The notes beneath the pieces were generated by a model. The model saw nothing but the letters and a program-made list of their open reading frames with translations, was not told the origin of the DNA and ran no database searches. DNA of 64,000 nucleotides from a bacterium (GTDB lineage Bacteria > UBA8248), in contig CBDBZU010000004.1 of NCBI GenBank assembly GCA_965213625.1, positions 1,440,001 to 1,504,000 of the forward strand. Direction: 5' to 3'. Numbering within the stretch: the stretch's first letter is position 1; every line of letters starts with the position of its first letter. The translations under genes and the position numbers were made by a program. This document shows positions 10,375-19,966 of this stretch, one piece after another.

Positions 10375-12420
10375 TTGCCATTTCCATTTCAGGAAGCGCT
10401 GTCATTCTCCGACCATCTCTTGGCGGGCGGGGTTGTATTTCTGTTCGCCCTGATGAGTGCGTGTGTCTGCGGCGGCTCGGTTTTCACCTTGCTCACGAAG
10501 TCTCGCGCAACGGAAAGCATGGACCCCAGATGGGACGACCTCGCCCTGCGGTGCGCGAAGTCGACGCGCGCTCTGGCTGCGTGGGCGGTATGTCCCCTGG
10601 GTCTTGGCCTTTGGGTCGTCATGATGGCCCAACGCCCCCGCATGATGGAACAACTCCATTTGATTTTCCTGGTTCCCGCCCTTCTGGGTTTATTGTTTTT
10701 TGCATTGGGTCTTTGTTTTTCGGGTCGATACATCTCCACTTGGGGAAGAGGTCGCCATGAAAGCCGGCTCGATTTGGCGTGGGGGGTTTTATCGGCGGTC
10801 GGCTTTTGGTGCGCGGCGGCCGTTTTGGTTTCTGTCTGCGCCTTTTCGGCGCACACGGGCGCATGGGCGGCGAAGCCTACACTCTGGAACGCATTTTGGA
10901 ATCCCGCCTTTCCCGCCGTATTCTTGACGTGGGCGGGGGTTTCGATATCGGCCTTCGGCGCTTTCGGCTTGCTCTACGCCGCGTCCCGAGATGACAGCGC
11001 ATGGCGTGTCGCCCTGGTGCATGAGATCGGCAAGTGGATGGTGGCGGGAGCCATTGTCGGTGTTCTTGGATGGGTATGGTGGGGGATTCGCCTGACGGAA
11101 AACATAAATCAAAATTTGGTGATTGGGCTGGTAGCGGCCGCTGTAGCGGCGCAGGCGGTCCTGGGGAGCATCGCATACAGGTGGGGCGTTCGCGACCCCG
11201 AAAGACGTCATCGAAGACATGCAGGCGCGGCTTCGCTGCTGGTAGTTCTCCTGCTGGCGACAAATGGGTGGATCTACGTGGAAGCGAAGGGGAATTTCCA
11301 GATCCATCAGTATATGTATCGCAACGGAATGATCATCGAAGAAGCGGAGGACGCGAATCGAACGGGTTTGTGGAATTTCGTGAATCTCGGCGAGCCCCGG
11401 CCGGCACAGGGGGAACTCGGCGCGTTCAGTTTCCGCGCGCAGTGTATGGCCTGCCATGCGGATTGGGTGAAGTCGCAGGACCCGGATCGGACCCCTGGTT
11501 TCAGGTTCGAGGGAGACGCGCTTCGGTTTCTTGGAGAGATGCGAACCAAACACCCCCCGTACCCTCTTTTGGCGGGTTTGCCCGAAGAGCGCCACGCCCT
11601 AGCGGCGTATCTGGAGGAGTTGATCACGAAATCGGGCGGAAATCTCGCGTCACGTCCCAAGTCGTCTCCTGCCAAACCGAAACAAGTGGTTCGCCCGGCG
11701 GTGGTCTCGAATACCTCTCCAGAGGATGCGGAAAAACCCTCGGAAAACACAGAGGTGAGCAAGGTGGATGAAGTGGAGAAGGGCGCTGCCGTGCCTGTTC
11801 TCAAGCCTTCCGACGCTGCGCAAGACGCAGAGAAATTACAAGAGCAGGAACAGGTAGGTTCCACCGTTTCCTCCACCCGTCCGAGCGACGCGCAGGATGC
11901 CGAAACCTCGGTGAGGGAAGAGGCCATCATCTCTCCTGCCGCTCCGCCGGATGATGCGGAAGACGGCGCAAAAGCCTTGGATGCAGAAAAGCCGCAGGAG
12001 AGGGGAGATGCTTCCCGTGTATCTTCCGACTCGCCGGATGAGGGACAGGACACCAGGAGCACAAAGGAAGCCAATCTGCCGACGGAGGAAGAAAGCGCTG
12101 CTGCCCAGCCTCTCGTTCCATCGAACGACACGCGAGGAGCCGGTGCCGGGGGTTCGGGGCAGACCGGAGGTTTGGAAGACAAGGGAGGTAATCCCGGTGT
12201 TTCTGTCATCCCGCCGACCGATGTGTCGGGCGCAGGGAAATCACGAGACATCGAAAAATCGGAAAATCAGGGGATAGTTGGCGCTGCATCTCCCGCTCCC
12301 TTGAACGGCGCGACGGACGCCAATAGCCCAGGTGACGGAGGAGGCGTTTCCGCCGCTCCTTCACCTCCGCCGGACGACTCACAAGACGCGAAAAAACAGG
12401 AAGAAAAGAATTCGCCATGA
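10375..12420 (+). CDS. Polytopic membrane protein with one c-type heme motif and a long acidic repetitive tail
   Basis: About 8 hydrophobic segments, then AQCMACH (CXXCH), then roughly 250 aa rich in P/S/D/E/A. Confidence 0.7.
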   Translation: MPFPFQEALSFSDHLLAGGVVFLFALMSACVCGGSVFTLLTKSRATESMDPRWDDLALRCAKSTRALAAWAVCPLGLGLWVVMMAQRPRMMEQLHLIFLVPALLGLLFFALGLCFSGRYISTWGRGRHESRLDLAWGVLSAVGFWCAAAVLVSVCAFSAHTGAWAAKPTLWNAFWNPAFPAVFLTWAGVSISAFGAFGLLYAASRDDSAWRVALVHEIGKWMVAGAIVGVLGWVWWGIRLTENINQNLVIGLVAAAVAAQAVLGSIAYRWGVRDPERRHRRHAGAASLLVVLLLATNGWIYVEAKGNFQIHQYMYRNGMIIEEAEDANRTGLWNFVNLGEPRPAQGELGAFSFRAQCMACHADWVKSQDPDRTPGFRFEGDALRFLGEMRTKHPPYPLLAGLPEERHALAAYLEELITKSGGNLASRPKSSPAKPKQVVRPAVVSNTSPEDAEKPSENTEVSKVDEVEKGAAVPVLKPSDAAQDAEKLQEQEQVGSTVSSTRPSDAQDAETSVREEAIISPAAPPDDAEDGAKALDAEKPQERGDASRVSSDSPDEGQDTRSTKEANLPTEEESAAAQPLVPSNDTRGAGAGGSGQTGGLEDKGGNPGVSVIPPTDVSGAGKSRDIEKSENQGIVGAASPAPLNGATDANSPGDGGGVSAAPSPPPDDSQDAKKQEEKNSP

Positions 12421-13415
12421 ACGTATTGACTCCCGAATCGAGTGAGTGGCTCGTAGTTCTGCTGGGCTCCGTCTTGTGGCTGTGCGCGGGCGTGAGCTTC
12501 TCCCTTCCGTGGTTTTCCGCGCATCTCGCGTTCTGGGGGTGGCGAGAGAGCAACGATGACGACGTCGCATTCGCGCGCCGCCTCTCGGACCTGTGTCTGG
12601 CTTCTCTCCTTCCCGTATTTCTCATCGGGGCGGCGCTCTCCTTGATTGCGTCCACGATGCAGCCGGCCGTATTTTTCACCTCCGTGATCGCGCTGTTTCG
12701 CCCGCTGGGTGCGTTGCCGCTCTTGTTGTTCGTTTTCGTGGTTGTCGTATTCGCCCATTCGAGACATACGGGACGGGGTTCGAAATTCTCATTCGCGCAC
12801 CTGATGATGGTTCCGGCAGGCGTCTTGATGTTGGTATGCGCAGGGGTCGTTTGGATGTTCACGCTTTCCTATATGGGTATGACTCCCCTCGATTTCGAAG
12901 CAGTGTGGAATTGGCGCAATTGGGCGCATACCTCATTTTGGTGGCCCGTGGCGCATTTCTATCTTTCGGCGTTTTCTGTCGGCGGCCTCGTCCTTATGCT
13001 TATGGGGGGTAGGGCTTTCAGGTGGGAGAGTTCCGTTTCCGTGTCGAACGGAGCGCGGTGGGTTCGCCTCGGCGCCAGGTTCTCCTTGTGTTTTCTGATG
13101 ATCCAGGCAGGATTGGTAGGCGGCTGGTTTTTCTTCAGGGGCTCTGATTTCATGGCAGGCATGCTGGCGTCAGGCGGCTCGCCTTTCGTGACATTACTCA
13201 TCATCGGCGCCGTATGCGTCGTATTGTTGTTCGAGTTGCTGCTCGGCGCGCTCAGGCGGGGCGGAAGCGTGCGAATGAGCGGTTCTTTCGCTATCTTTCT
13301 CGTTTTTATCCTGGTGTTGTCCGTGAATTCGGCTAGATTGACCTTGAATCAGAATGATTTCTCTCTTTCCGGGCCGAGCGATTCTTTCGGGCGGTCCCAG
13401 GGCCACTCGCGTTGA
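12417..13415 (+). CDS. Polytopic membrane protein, probable partner of the upstream cytochrome
   Basis: Multiple hydrophobic segments, AHFYLSAFSVGG; ATGA overlap with the upstream gene. Confidence 0.65.
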   Translation: MNVLTPESSEWLVVLLGSVLWLCAGVSFSLPWFSAHLAFWGWRESNDDDVAFARRLSDLCLASLLPVFLIGAALSLIASTMQPAVFFTSVIALFRPLGALPLLLFVFVVVVFAHSRHTGRGSKFSFAHLMMVPAGVLMLVCAGVVWMFTLSYMGMTPLDFEAVWNWRNWAHTSFWWPVAHFYLSAFSVGGLVLMLMGGRAFRWESSVSVSNGARWVRLGARFSLCFLMIQAGLVGGWFFFRGSDFMAGMLASGGSPFVTLLIIGAVCVVLLFELLLGALRRGGSVRMSGSFAIFLVFILVLSVNSARLTLNQNDFSLSGPSDSFGRSQGHSR

Positions 13416-14365
13416 TCGTCGATATTTGCAGCTTCTTGCCTGTCGCGGAGTCCTACCGCGCCCGCCTGCTGGGCTGGGCTTCCATTCCCGGTTATTTGAA
13501 GATGTTCGCGAAGGGCTTGAGCGCTTTTTGCGGGGTGGAGGAAGAGGAGTTTCGTCGCAGGGTGGTGGGGACGAAGCGAGAGGATATCCACGGATTCATC
13601 GATGAGATTTCAACGAAGCTCGGGCGGCCAATTGATGAGTTCATCACGCTTCTGGATGCGGCAGGCTACGACAAGGCGGTCGTTTTCAGTATCGACCAGG
13701 AGAGCACCACCGGCGTCTCGCCGCTCGACCCGAACGTTCTCGCCGATGCGGTGGATTCGTATCCGGAGCGCATCCTGGCCTTTCAAGGCGTCGACCCGAA
13801 CAAGGACGACGCGGCGATCGCGCTGGAAAAAGGCGTGCGCGATCTTGGACTGCACGGGGCGTTTCTCGTTCCCTTTCTTCATCTCCTGCCCGCCGACGCG
13901 CCGGAGTATCGCCCCATATACCAGAAGTGCCTCGAGTTGGACGTTCCCGTATGGATTCACACTTCGGTAAACTGGGCGCCCGCTCATCCCATGGAACTCG
14001 GCAGACCCCTCGTCCTGGACAGGCTATGCGGCGAGATGCCGGACTTGAAGGTAATCGCGGGCCACGGCGGTTGGCCCTGGGTGCCGGAGATGGTCGCCGC
14101 CGCCTGGCGGCACCCGAATCTCTATATCGACCCCTCGGGCCACCGTTGGAAGTATTTCACGACACCTCATTCCGGCTGGGAGATGCTCCTTCATTTCGGC
14201 AATTCCACGATACAGGATAAAATCCTGTTTGGGACAGATTGGCCGCTTCTGCCGATATCCCTCGGAGAAATTCTCGAAGAAGCGAGGGACCTCCCCCTGA
14301 AGCCGGCCGTCATGGAAAAATGGCTGGGAGGGAACGCGGCGCGATTGCTGGGGCTTGATGAATGA
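13412..14365 (+). CDS. Amidohydrolase_2 family protein
   Basis: PVWIHT, GHGGWPW, NLYID, KILFGTDWP, LGGNAARLL. Confidence 0.88.
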   Translation: MIVDICSFLPVAESYRARLLGWASIPGYLKMFAKGLSAFCGVEEEEFRRRVVGTKREDIHGFIDEISTKLGRPIDEFITLLDAAGYDKAVVFSIDQESTTGVSPLDPNVLADAVDSYPERILAFQGVDPNKDDAAIALEKGVRDLGLHGAFLVPFLHLLPADAPEYRPIYQKCLELDVPVWIHTSVNWAPAHPMELGRPLVLDRLCGEMPDLKVIAGHGGWPWVPEMVAAAWRHPNLYIDPSGHRWKYFTTPHSGWEMLLHFGNSTIQDKILFGTDWPLLPISLGEILEEARDLPLKPAVMEKWLGGNAARLLGLDE

Positions 14366-15569
14366 TCGAAGAAAACATGAACTGGCGCTCCATATTGGGG
14401 GCCGCCTGCTTCATCATTTTCGCCGTTTTTGGTTCACTGGTGTCGACGAGCGGACTCATCGGCTTCATCCGGAATGATTTGAACTTATCCTACGGCGCAG
14501 GCGGTTTTCTGCTGTCTGCCCCGTTTCCGTTAATAGCGTTTTTCGCGATCGCCGGGGGCCGGCTGGTCGATCGGCTCGGTGTCAAGAAGATGGTCCTGAG
14601 CGGTGTTTTCCTCACTTTGCTGGGAGGAGTCGTCCGCCTATCGAGCGGAGATTTCTGGTCGCTCGCTTTTGGAATCGCGCTCGTGGGTGCGGGCACGGGC
14701 TGGTGTTTCCCGTCATGCCCAAAGTGGTGGGGACGATAGTTCCGGTAGAGCGCAACGAGTTCGGCTCCGCCTTGTATACGGCTTCTATCATCGCGGGCGC
14801 TGGTTTGGGCGTCGCGGCCTCGCACTTTATGGCACCGGCCGCAGGGGTTTTGCCCGCATCATGGGGCGGGAGCGTCTGGCGCGGCGGTTTTCTGGGCTGG
14901 GCGCTCGTTTTGGTCCTGGCGTTCATCGTCTGGCGAAGAAATTCCGCCTCGATCACGGTAGATTTAAGCTCAGAATCCGTCTCGGCCCAGAGCGGTGTGG
15001 TGTATCGGCTCCTCGCCGTCTGGGCGGTAGCCGGCTCTTTGTTCGTCAATAACATCGTTTTTTATACGAGTCTGGGCTGGCTGGCCACGGTTCTGATGAC
15101 GAAAGGCTGGTCGCAGGCGAACGCCGCGCTTATCGTTTCGATTTTGCCTTTACTCGGAATTTTTGCTTCCCTGAGCGCGCATAAAATGGCGTTGGCCATA
15201 GGCGGCGAGCGGGTCATGATGGTTTTATGCGGATTGCTCACGGCCATGGTGCTTGCCCTGATGCCGGCGGGAAACGCTTGGGTCGCGGCGATGGGAACCG
15301 CCGTTTTGGGTTTGACTACGAATTGCTGGTTCTTGTTCTGCCTGGCGTATCCCGCGCAGTACGTGGAGAAAAGTCAGGTGGGCCGGGCGGGCGGTCTGAT
15401 CATCGGCATGGGGTATCTGGGTGGTTTTGTCGGGCCCTGGACGATTGGCGCGATGAGGGACTGGGCCGGGTCGTTCGGCCCGGGTTTATATACGTTGGCG
15501 ATCGTATCGATCCTCGGGATATCTTGCGCTCCGTTTTTCGGAAGATATGCCGAACAAAGCAGAGGATAG
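14362..15569 (+). pseudogene. MFS transporter (CynX/NimT-like) interrupted by a 1-nt frameshift near 14700
   Basis: 14362-14739 has MFS motif A (GRLVDRLGVK) and 14703-15569 continues the MFS; adding one base in GGCACGGGCTGGTG restores GTGLVFPVMP. Could be a sequencing error. Confidence 0.7.
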
Positions 15570-15575
15570 GGCGTT

Positions 15576-16823
15576 TTGGATATCACGTCTCAGCGTTTGA
15601 AGCTAAGACCCGTGGAGGCCACCTCTGCGGAGCATCGGGGACAGCGAATGTTGAGGCTCACCGATCCGCTTCGTCTCAGCGAGGCGGTTCTTTTTGCGCC
15701 CATGGCGTTGGTTCCTGTGCTGAGCCTGCTCAACGGGCGCCACACGTTTGAGGATATCAGGGAGCAATGCAAATCCCGCCACGGAATGGACGTCACTGAA
15801 GAAAGCTACCGGGCGATGGTGTCCCGGCTCGAGGAGGCGCATTTCCTCGAAGGAGACGGTTTCAACGCCTGGAGCGTATCGCTCAAGGATGATTTCTTGA
15901 ATGCTCCGGTGCGCCCAAGTTTTCTGGCGGGAAAAAGTTACGATGCGGACCCGGCGCCTCTGCGCTCTCAAATCGATGGTTTTTTCACGGATGCGGATGG
16001 CCCCGGGCGTCTTGCGGAAAATTCCTCGGCCCCTGCTGAACCGCTTCGCGGGGTAGTCGCGCCTCATATCGATTTTCATCGCGGCGGCGCCACATTTGCG
16101 TGGGCTTATAAATCAATCGCAGAGCGAGCCGATTCTGATTTATTCGTCGTTCTCGGTACGGTCCACGCTCCGACGAAGTACATCTACAACCTCACTGCCA
16201 AATCTTTCGAGACGCCCTTCGGGGTTTTGGAGGCGAATGAGGAACTCGTGGAGGAGATCTCGGGGAAGCTGGAGGTAGATCCCTTTCAGGATGAATTCGT
16301 GCATCGCGGCGAGCACTCTATCGAGTTTCAGGCGGTTTTTCTGCAGTATCTCTTTGCCGACGTCCGACCGGTCCGGTTCGTCCCCATCCTGGTGGGTTCA
16401 TTCCACCGGTTCGTTGCGGAGGGGCGATCCCCACAGGGTGATGCGCAGGTGGAGAGTTTCGTCGCCGCGCTGAGAGAGGCGATAGTGGCGTACCGGCAAA
16501 CAGGGGGAAAGGTATGTCTCATAGCGAGCGTGGATTTCGCCCACGTCGGTCCCCAGTTCGGCGATGAAAACCCCGTGGATGAGGCGCGATTGGAAGAACT
16601 CGCGCAAGCGGACGGGAAATCCCTGGAAGCTGTGTGCAGCGGGGATGCGGAGGCGTTTTACTGGAGCGTGGCGGAGGATGGGGATGCGAGAAACGTTTGC
16701 GGGCTGGCGCCCATCTACACCATGTTGCGCGTTATGGATGACTGCGCGGGAGAAGTGCTGCGCTATTCGCAGTGGCCGGACCCGAACGGTACGGTCACTT
16801 TTTCGAGCGTCGCTTTGACTTAA
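15576..16823 (+). CDS. MEMO1 / AmmeMemoRadiSam protein B with N-terminal extension
   Basis: RPSFLAGKSY, VAPHIDFHRG, HRGEHSIEFQ, ASVDFAHVG, VCGLAPI. Confidence 0.88.
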   Translation: MDITSQRLKLRPVEATSAEHRGQRMLRLTDPLRLSEAVLFAPMALVPVLSLLNGRHTFEDIREQCKSRHGMDVTEESYRAMVSRLEEAHFLEGDGFNAWSVSLKDDFLNAPVRPSFLAGKSYDADPAPLRSQIDGFFTDADGPGRLAENSSAPAEPLRGVVAPHIDFHRGGATFAWAYKSIAERADSDLFVVLGTVHAPTKYIYNLTAKSFETPFGVLEANEELVEEISGKLEVDPFQDEFVHRGEHSIEFQAVFLQYLFADVRPVRFVPILVGSFHRFVAEGRSPQGDAQVESFVAALREAIVAYRQTGGKVCLIASVDFAHVGPQFGDENPVDEARLEELAQADGKSLEAVCSGDAEAFYWSVAEDGDARNVCGLAPIYTMLRVMDDCAGEVLRYSQWPDPNGTVTFSSVALT

Positions 16824-16870
16824 TATGTCTTGGTTTCCAGGAATCTTGAATCACAGAGGAGAGAGAATCG

Positions 16871-17860
16871 TTGCTTTATTTGAGTGAGTCCGACGTCAAG
16901 AGTCTGGTGAACATGTCCGATGTCATGGACGTGGTGGAGAAATGCTTCAAGGCCCAGGGAGAGGGTCGCGCGCCGAATCAGCCAAGGCGGCGGGTTTTTC
17001 TGCCCAAGGGCACGATGCACGTCATGTTCGGCGGCATGGTGGATGAAAACGAGGGCTATCTGGGTCTCAAGGCCTACACCACGTTTCCGGGCATCGGCGT
17101 GCGCTTCATCTTTTTGCTGTGGGATGCGAATACGTCCGAGATGCTCTCGCTCATGGAGGCCAATATACAGGGGCAGATGCGCACCGGGGCGGCAAGCGGC
17201 GTGGCTGCGAAATACATGGCGAGAGAAGACGCGGCGGTAGCCGGGTTGATCGGCACGGGGTGGCAGGCGAGGTCCCAACTGGAAGCGCTGTGCTGCGCGC
17301 GGGAACTCGAGGTCGTGAAAGTACACAGCCGGAGGCCGGAGAAAAGAGAAAAATTTGTCAGCGCGATGCAGGGCAGGGTGAACGCTGAGCTCGTTCCGGT
17401 GGAATCGGCGAGCGAGGCGGTAAAAGGCTCGCAGATCGTTTGCACTATCACCACGGCGCGCGAACCGGTATTCGACGGCAACGATCTGGAGCCGGGTACG
17501 ACGGTCATCGCGGCGGGCTCGAACCGAATCACGAACCGCGAGGTGGACGATGAGACCTTCCGCCGCGCGGCGAAAGGCAGAATCGTGACGGATAACCTCG
17601 AGGGCGCCGAATTCGAGAGCGGTGATCTGGTCGGCGCCATTCGCGCGAACGTCATCCAGTGGGGCCAGGTCTCGGAGGTCGGGTTAGTAGCGACGGGCGC
17701 CATGCCCGGCCGCGCGTCCGATGATGAGATCAACCTGTTCCTGAGCCAGGGGGTCGCGATTGAAGACGTGGCCCTGGGCGCGGAACTCTATCGGCGCGCC
17801 AAAGCGCAGGGCGTGGGCGCGCCACTCCCCGTGGAGGGGTTTTTCAAGAAGGCGACTTGA
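16871..17860 (+). CDS. Ornithine cyclodeaminase / mu-crystallin family imine reductase
   Basis: MRTGAASGVAAKY, IGTGWQARSQ, SQGVAIEDVA. Confidence 0.9.
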   Translation: MLYLSESDVKSLVNMSDVMDVVEKCFKAQGEGRAPNQPRRRVFLPKGTMHVMFGGMVDENEGYLGLKAYTTFPGIGVRFIFLLWDANTSEMLSLMEANIQGQMRTGAASGVAAKYMAREDAAVAGLIGTGWQARSQLEALCCARELEVVKVHSRRPEKREKFVSAMQGRVNAELVPVESASEAVKGSQIVCTITTAREPVFDGNDLEPGTTVIAAGSNRITNREVDDETFRRAAKGRIVTDNLEGAEFESGDLVGAIRANVIQWGQVSEVGLVATGAMPGRASDDEINLFLSQGVAIEDVALGAELYRRAKAQGVGAPLPVEGFFKKAT

Positions 17861-17879
17861 GACTTTCAGGCGCGGCCAC

Positions 17880-18761
17880 TCAAGAGCTGAGCCCTGCGGT
17901 TTTATCGAAAAACTCTCGCACGCCGTTTTGGTCCACCTCGCCGTAGCCCATGGCCGACGTGGCGATGAAGACCTGCCTCGCAAGTGCTGCGAACGGCGTC
18001 GGCGTCGTCGCGGCCTCGGCCATCTCGGAGATGAGGCGCAGGTCTTTGCGCATCAAGTCGATTTTGAAGGCGGGCGTGTAGTCCCTGCTCGCCAGGGCGG
18101 GACCCTTGATGCTTAGAATTTTCGGGATCGATGCGCTTTTCAGGTAATCCATCATCTCGACGGGGTCGAGACCCGAGCGCTCCCCGAGGGTGAGTCCCTC
18201 GGACACCACGGAGAGAAACACCGAGACGATTTGATTGGCCACGAGCTTCATGTGCAAGCCCGCGCCGTTTGGGCCGAAATAGTTGATGGACTCGGAGACG
18301 GCCTCGAGAACGTCGCGGTGTCGGTTCAACGCCGCTTCATCGCCGCCCACCATCACGTTAAGCTCCGCACTTATGGCGCTGGGTGCGCTGCCGCTCACGG
18401 GCGTATCGAGGAATATCGCGCCTTTTTCCGCCGCTTGCTGCGCGATGGCCTGGCTGCCGCTGGGAGCGATGGTCGAGAAATCAAAACAGACGACGCCTTC
18501 TTTCGAGGTGAGCAGCGCGCCTTTTTCGCCGAGGTAGGTCTCGTGAACGTCCTTGGTTTCAGGCACGGATGAGCAGATGACTTCCGCCTCGGAAGCCGCC
18601 TCTGCCGGGGAGTCGAAGGTTTTCGCTCCCGCCTCCTCCGCCCGGGCGCGGACCTCGGGCACGGGGTCGTATCCGTGAACGACGAAACCAGCCTTGATAA
18701 GATTGTTGACCATGGCTCCGCCCATGGTGCCAAGCCCCAGGTATGCAACGATTTTAGGCAC
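17880..18761 (-). CDS. NAD(P)-dependent 3-hydroxyisobutyrate dehydrogenase-family oxidoreductase
   Basis: GLGTMGGAM, LDTPVSG, MVGG, KLVANQ, MRKDL; GTG start after GAAGGAG. Confidence 0.88.
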   Translation of the reverse strand: MPKIVAYLGLGTMGGAMVNNLIKAGFVVHGYDPVPEVRARAEEAGAKTFDSPAEAASEAEVICSSVPETKDVHETYLGEKGALLTSKEGVVCFDFSTIAPSGSQAIAQQAAEKGAIFLDTPVSGSAPSAISAELNVMVGGDEAALNRHRDVLEAVSESINYFGPNGAGLHMKLVANQIVSVFLSVVSEGLTLGERSGLDPVEMMDYLKSASIPKILSIKGPALASRDYTPAFKIDLMRKDLRLISEMAEAATTPTPFAALARQVFIATSAMGYGEVDQNGVREFFDKTAGLSS

Positions 18762-18995
18762 TGTGCTCTCTCCTTCGACGTTTGAATTTTCAGATGCGCG
18801 CGGGTCTTGAGAAACACATGGCGCAACATCCGCTTCTCGATGATGTTGAGCATGCAATTCTAGCGCATAAGCGATAAACAAAATACCTCTCGCGCCGCTT
18901 GCCTTTTTTCCCCGGGTTGGCTATAGTTTCGCTTCTTTGTGGACCGGGGGTGCGCGGATGCATCCCAAGACGTTGAATTTTGTTGAGGTTTCGAG

Positions 18996-19145
18996 ATGCG
19001 CGAGAACATTCAACTCGAATGCACGACTTGCAAGAAGATGCGCTACACCAGCACCAAGAACAAGCGGAATACGCCGGATCGGCTCGAATTCAAAAAGTAC
19101 TGCAAATTCTGCCGGAGCCACCAGCCGTTTCGGGAGACCAAATAG
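18996..19145 (+). CDS. rpmG: 50S ribosomal protein L33 (Zn-ribbon form)
   Basis: Manual translation [49 protein letters not shown]; below the ORF-track cutoff. Confidence 0.95.
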   Translation: MRENIQLECTTCKKMRYTSTKNKRNTPDRLEFKKYCKFCRSHQPFRETK

Positions 19146-19406
19146 ATGAAGACCCACAAGAACACCGTGGCGCGCAAGCGATGCGTCGTCACCGGCAAGA
19201 GCGTGATGTACGGCAACAACGTCTCGCACTCGCACAAGAAGACGAGGCGGCGTTTCGAGGCGAACCTCCACGTGAAGCGCTTCTATCTGCCCGAGGAGAA
19301 GCGCTGGGTGAAGCTTCGCGTATCGGCGAAGGGCCTCAAGATCATCGCCAAGCGCGGCATCTCGAAGGTGATGGCCGACATCAGGAAACAGGGCGGCTCA
19401 ATCTAG
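19146..19406 (+). CDS. rpmB: 50S ribosomal protein L28
   Basis: CVVTGK...GNNVSHSHKKTRRRFEANL...VSAKGLK; true start may be GTG 19167. Confidence 0.95.
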   Translation: MKTHKNTVARKRCVVTGKSVMYGNNVSHSHKKTRRRFEANLHVKRFYLPEEKRWVKLRVSAKGLKIIAKRGISKVMADIRKQGGSI

Positions 19407-19517
19407 CAATCCTTTTACTTCCAGTTAGTTGCAAGTTTTCACGACCTCCGTGTTAGGGTTTTTTCTGCGCGCCTGTGGGGTGCGCGCGCGGGGAGGTTTG
19501 CGGTCCGGCAGGGATGT

Positions 19518-19643
19518 TCACTTCCTCTTCTTGAAGCTGGAAATGCTCTCTTTGAGTGCCTCGTTCTGCCTCGCGTAATCGAGCGGCGCACGGCCCGATT
19601 CATCCCTCAGGCGCGTGTTCGTGCCCGCCGCATTTTCCCGCAT
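19518..19643 (-). pseudogene. C-terminal remnant of an ankyrin-repeat paralog
   Basis: Encodes AGTNTRLRDESGRAPLDYARQNEALKESISSFKKRK*, which aligns to AGANPRLKDESGRTPLHYARRNEALKGSLSLFKR* of 19967-20833. Confidence 0.75.
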
Positions 19644-19966
19644 TTGCGCCTTCCGGTTTCCTTCGGTCCGGGGTAGTATCAGCCGCGTACCCGGCCTGCA
19701 TCGGGCCGGAAATTCCCCTGAAAATACGTGATTTATTTATCGATAAACCCCGTGAATTTACCCATATTTATCGATATTTTCAGTAATTCGTGATTCCAGA
19801 ACGCGGCGATGCGCCTCACCATCATACCCGCACGCTTCGTGTGTCCGATGATGGCAAATGCGGGCAATTGCGCTGCGCACGTGCGACTGAAAAAGGAGCG
19901 ATTGCCGACCGAAAATAGAGAATTTTCCCGGCGGCGTGGACGATTTGGGGGAGGTCGGGTTTACCT

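Noticed and set aside
14690-14745. Programmed ribosomal frameshift in the MFS gene
   Set aside because: No slippery heptamer or evident stimulatory structure; a simple indel explains it
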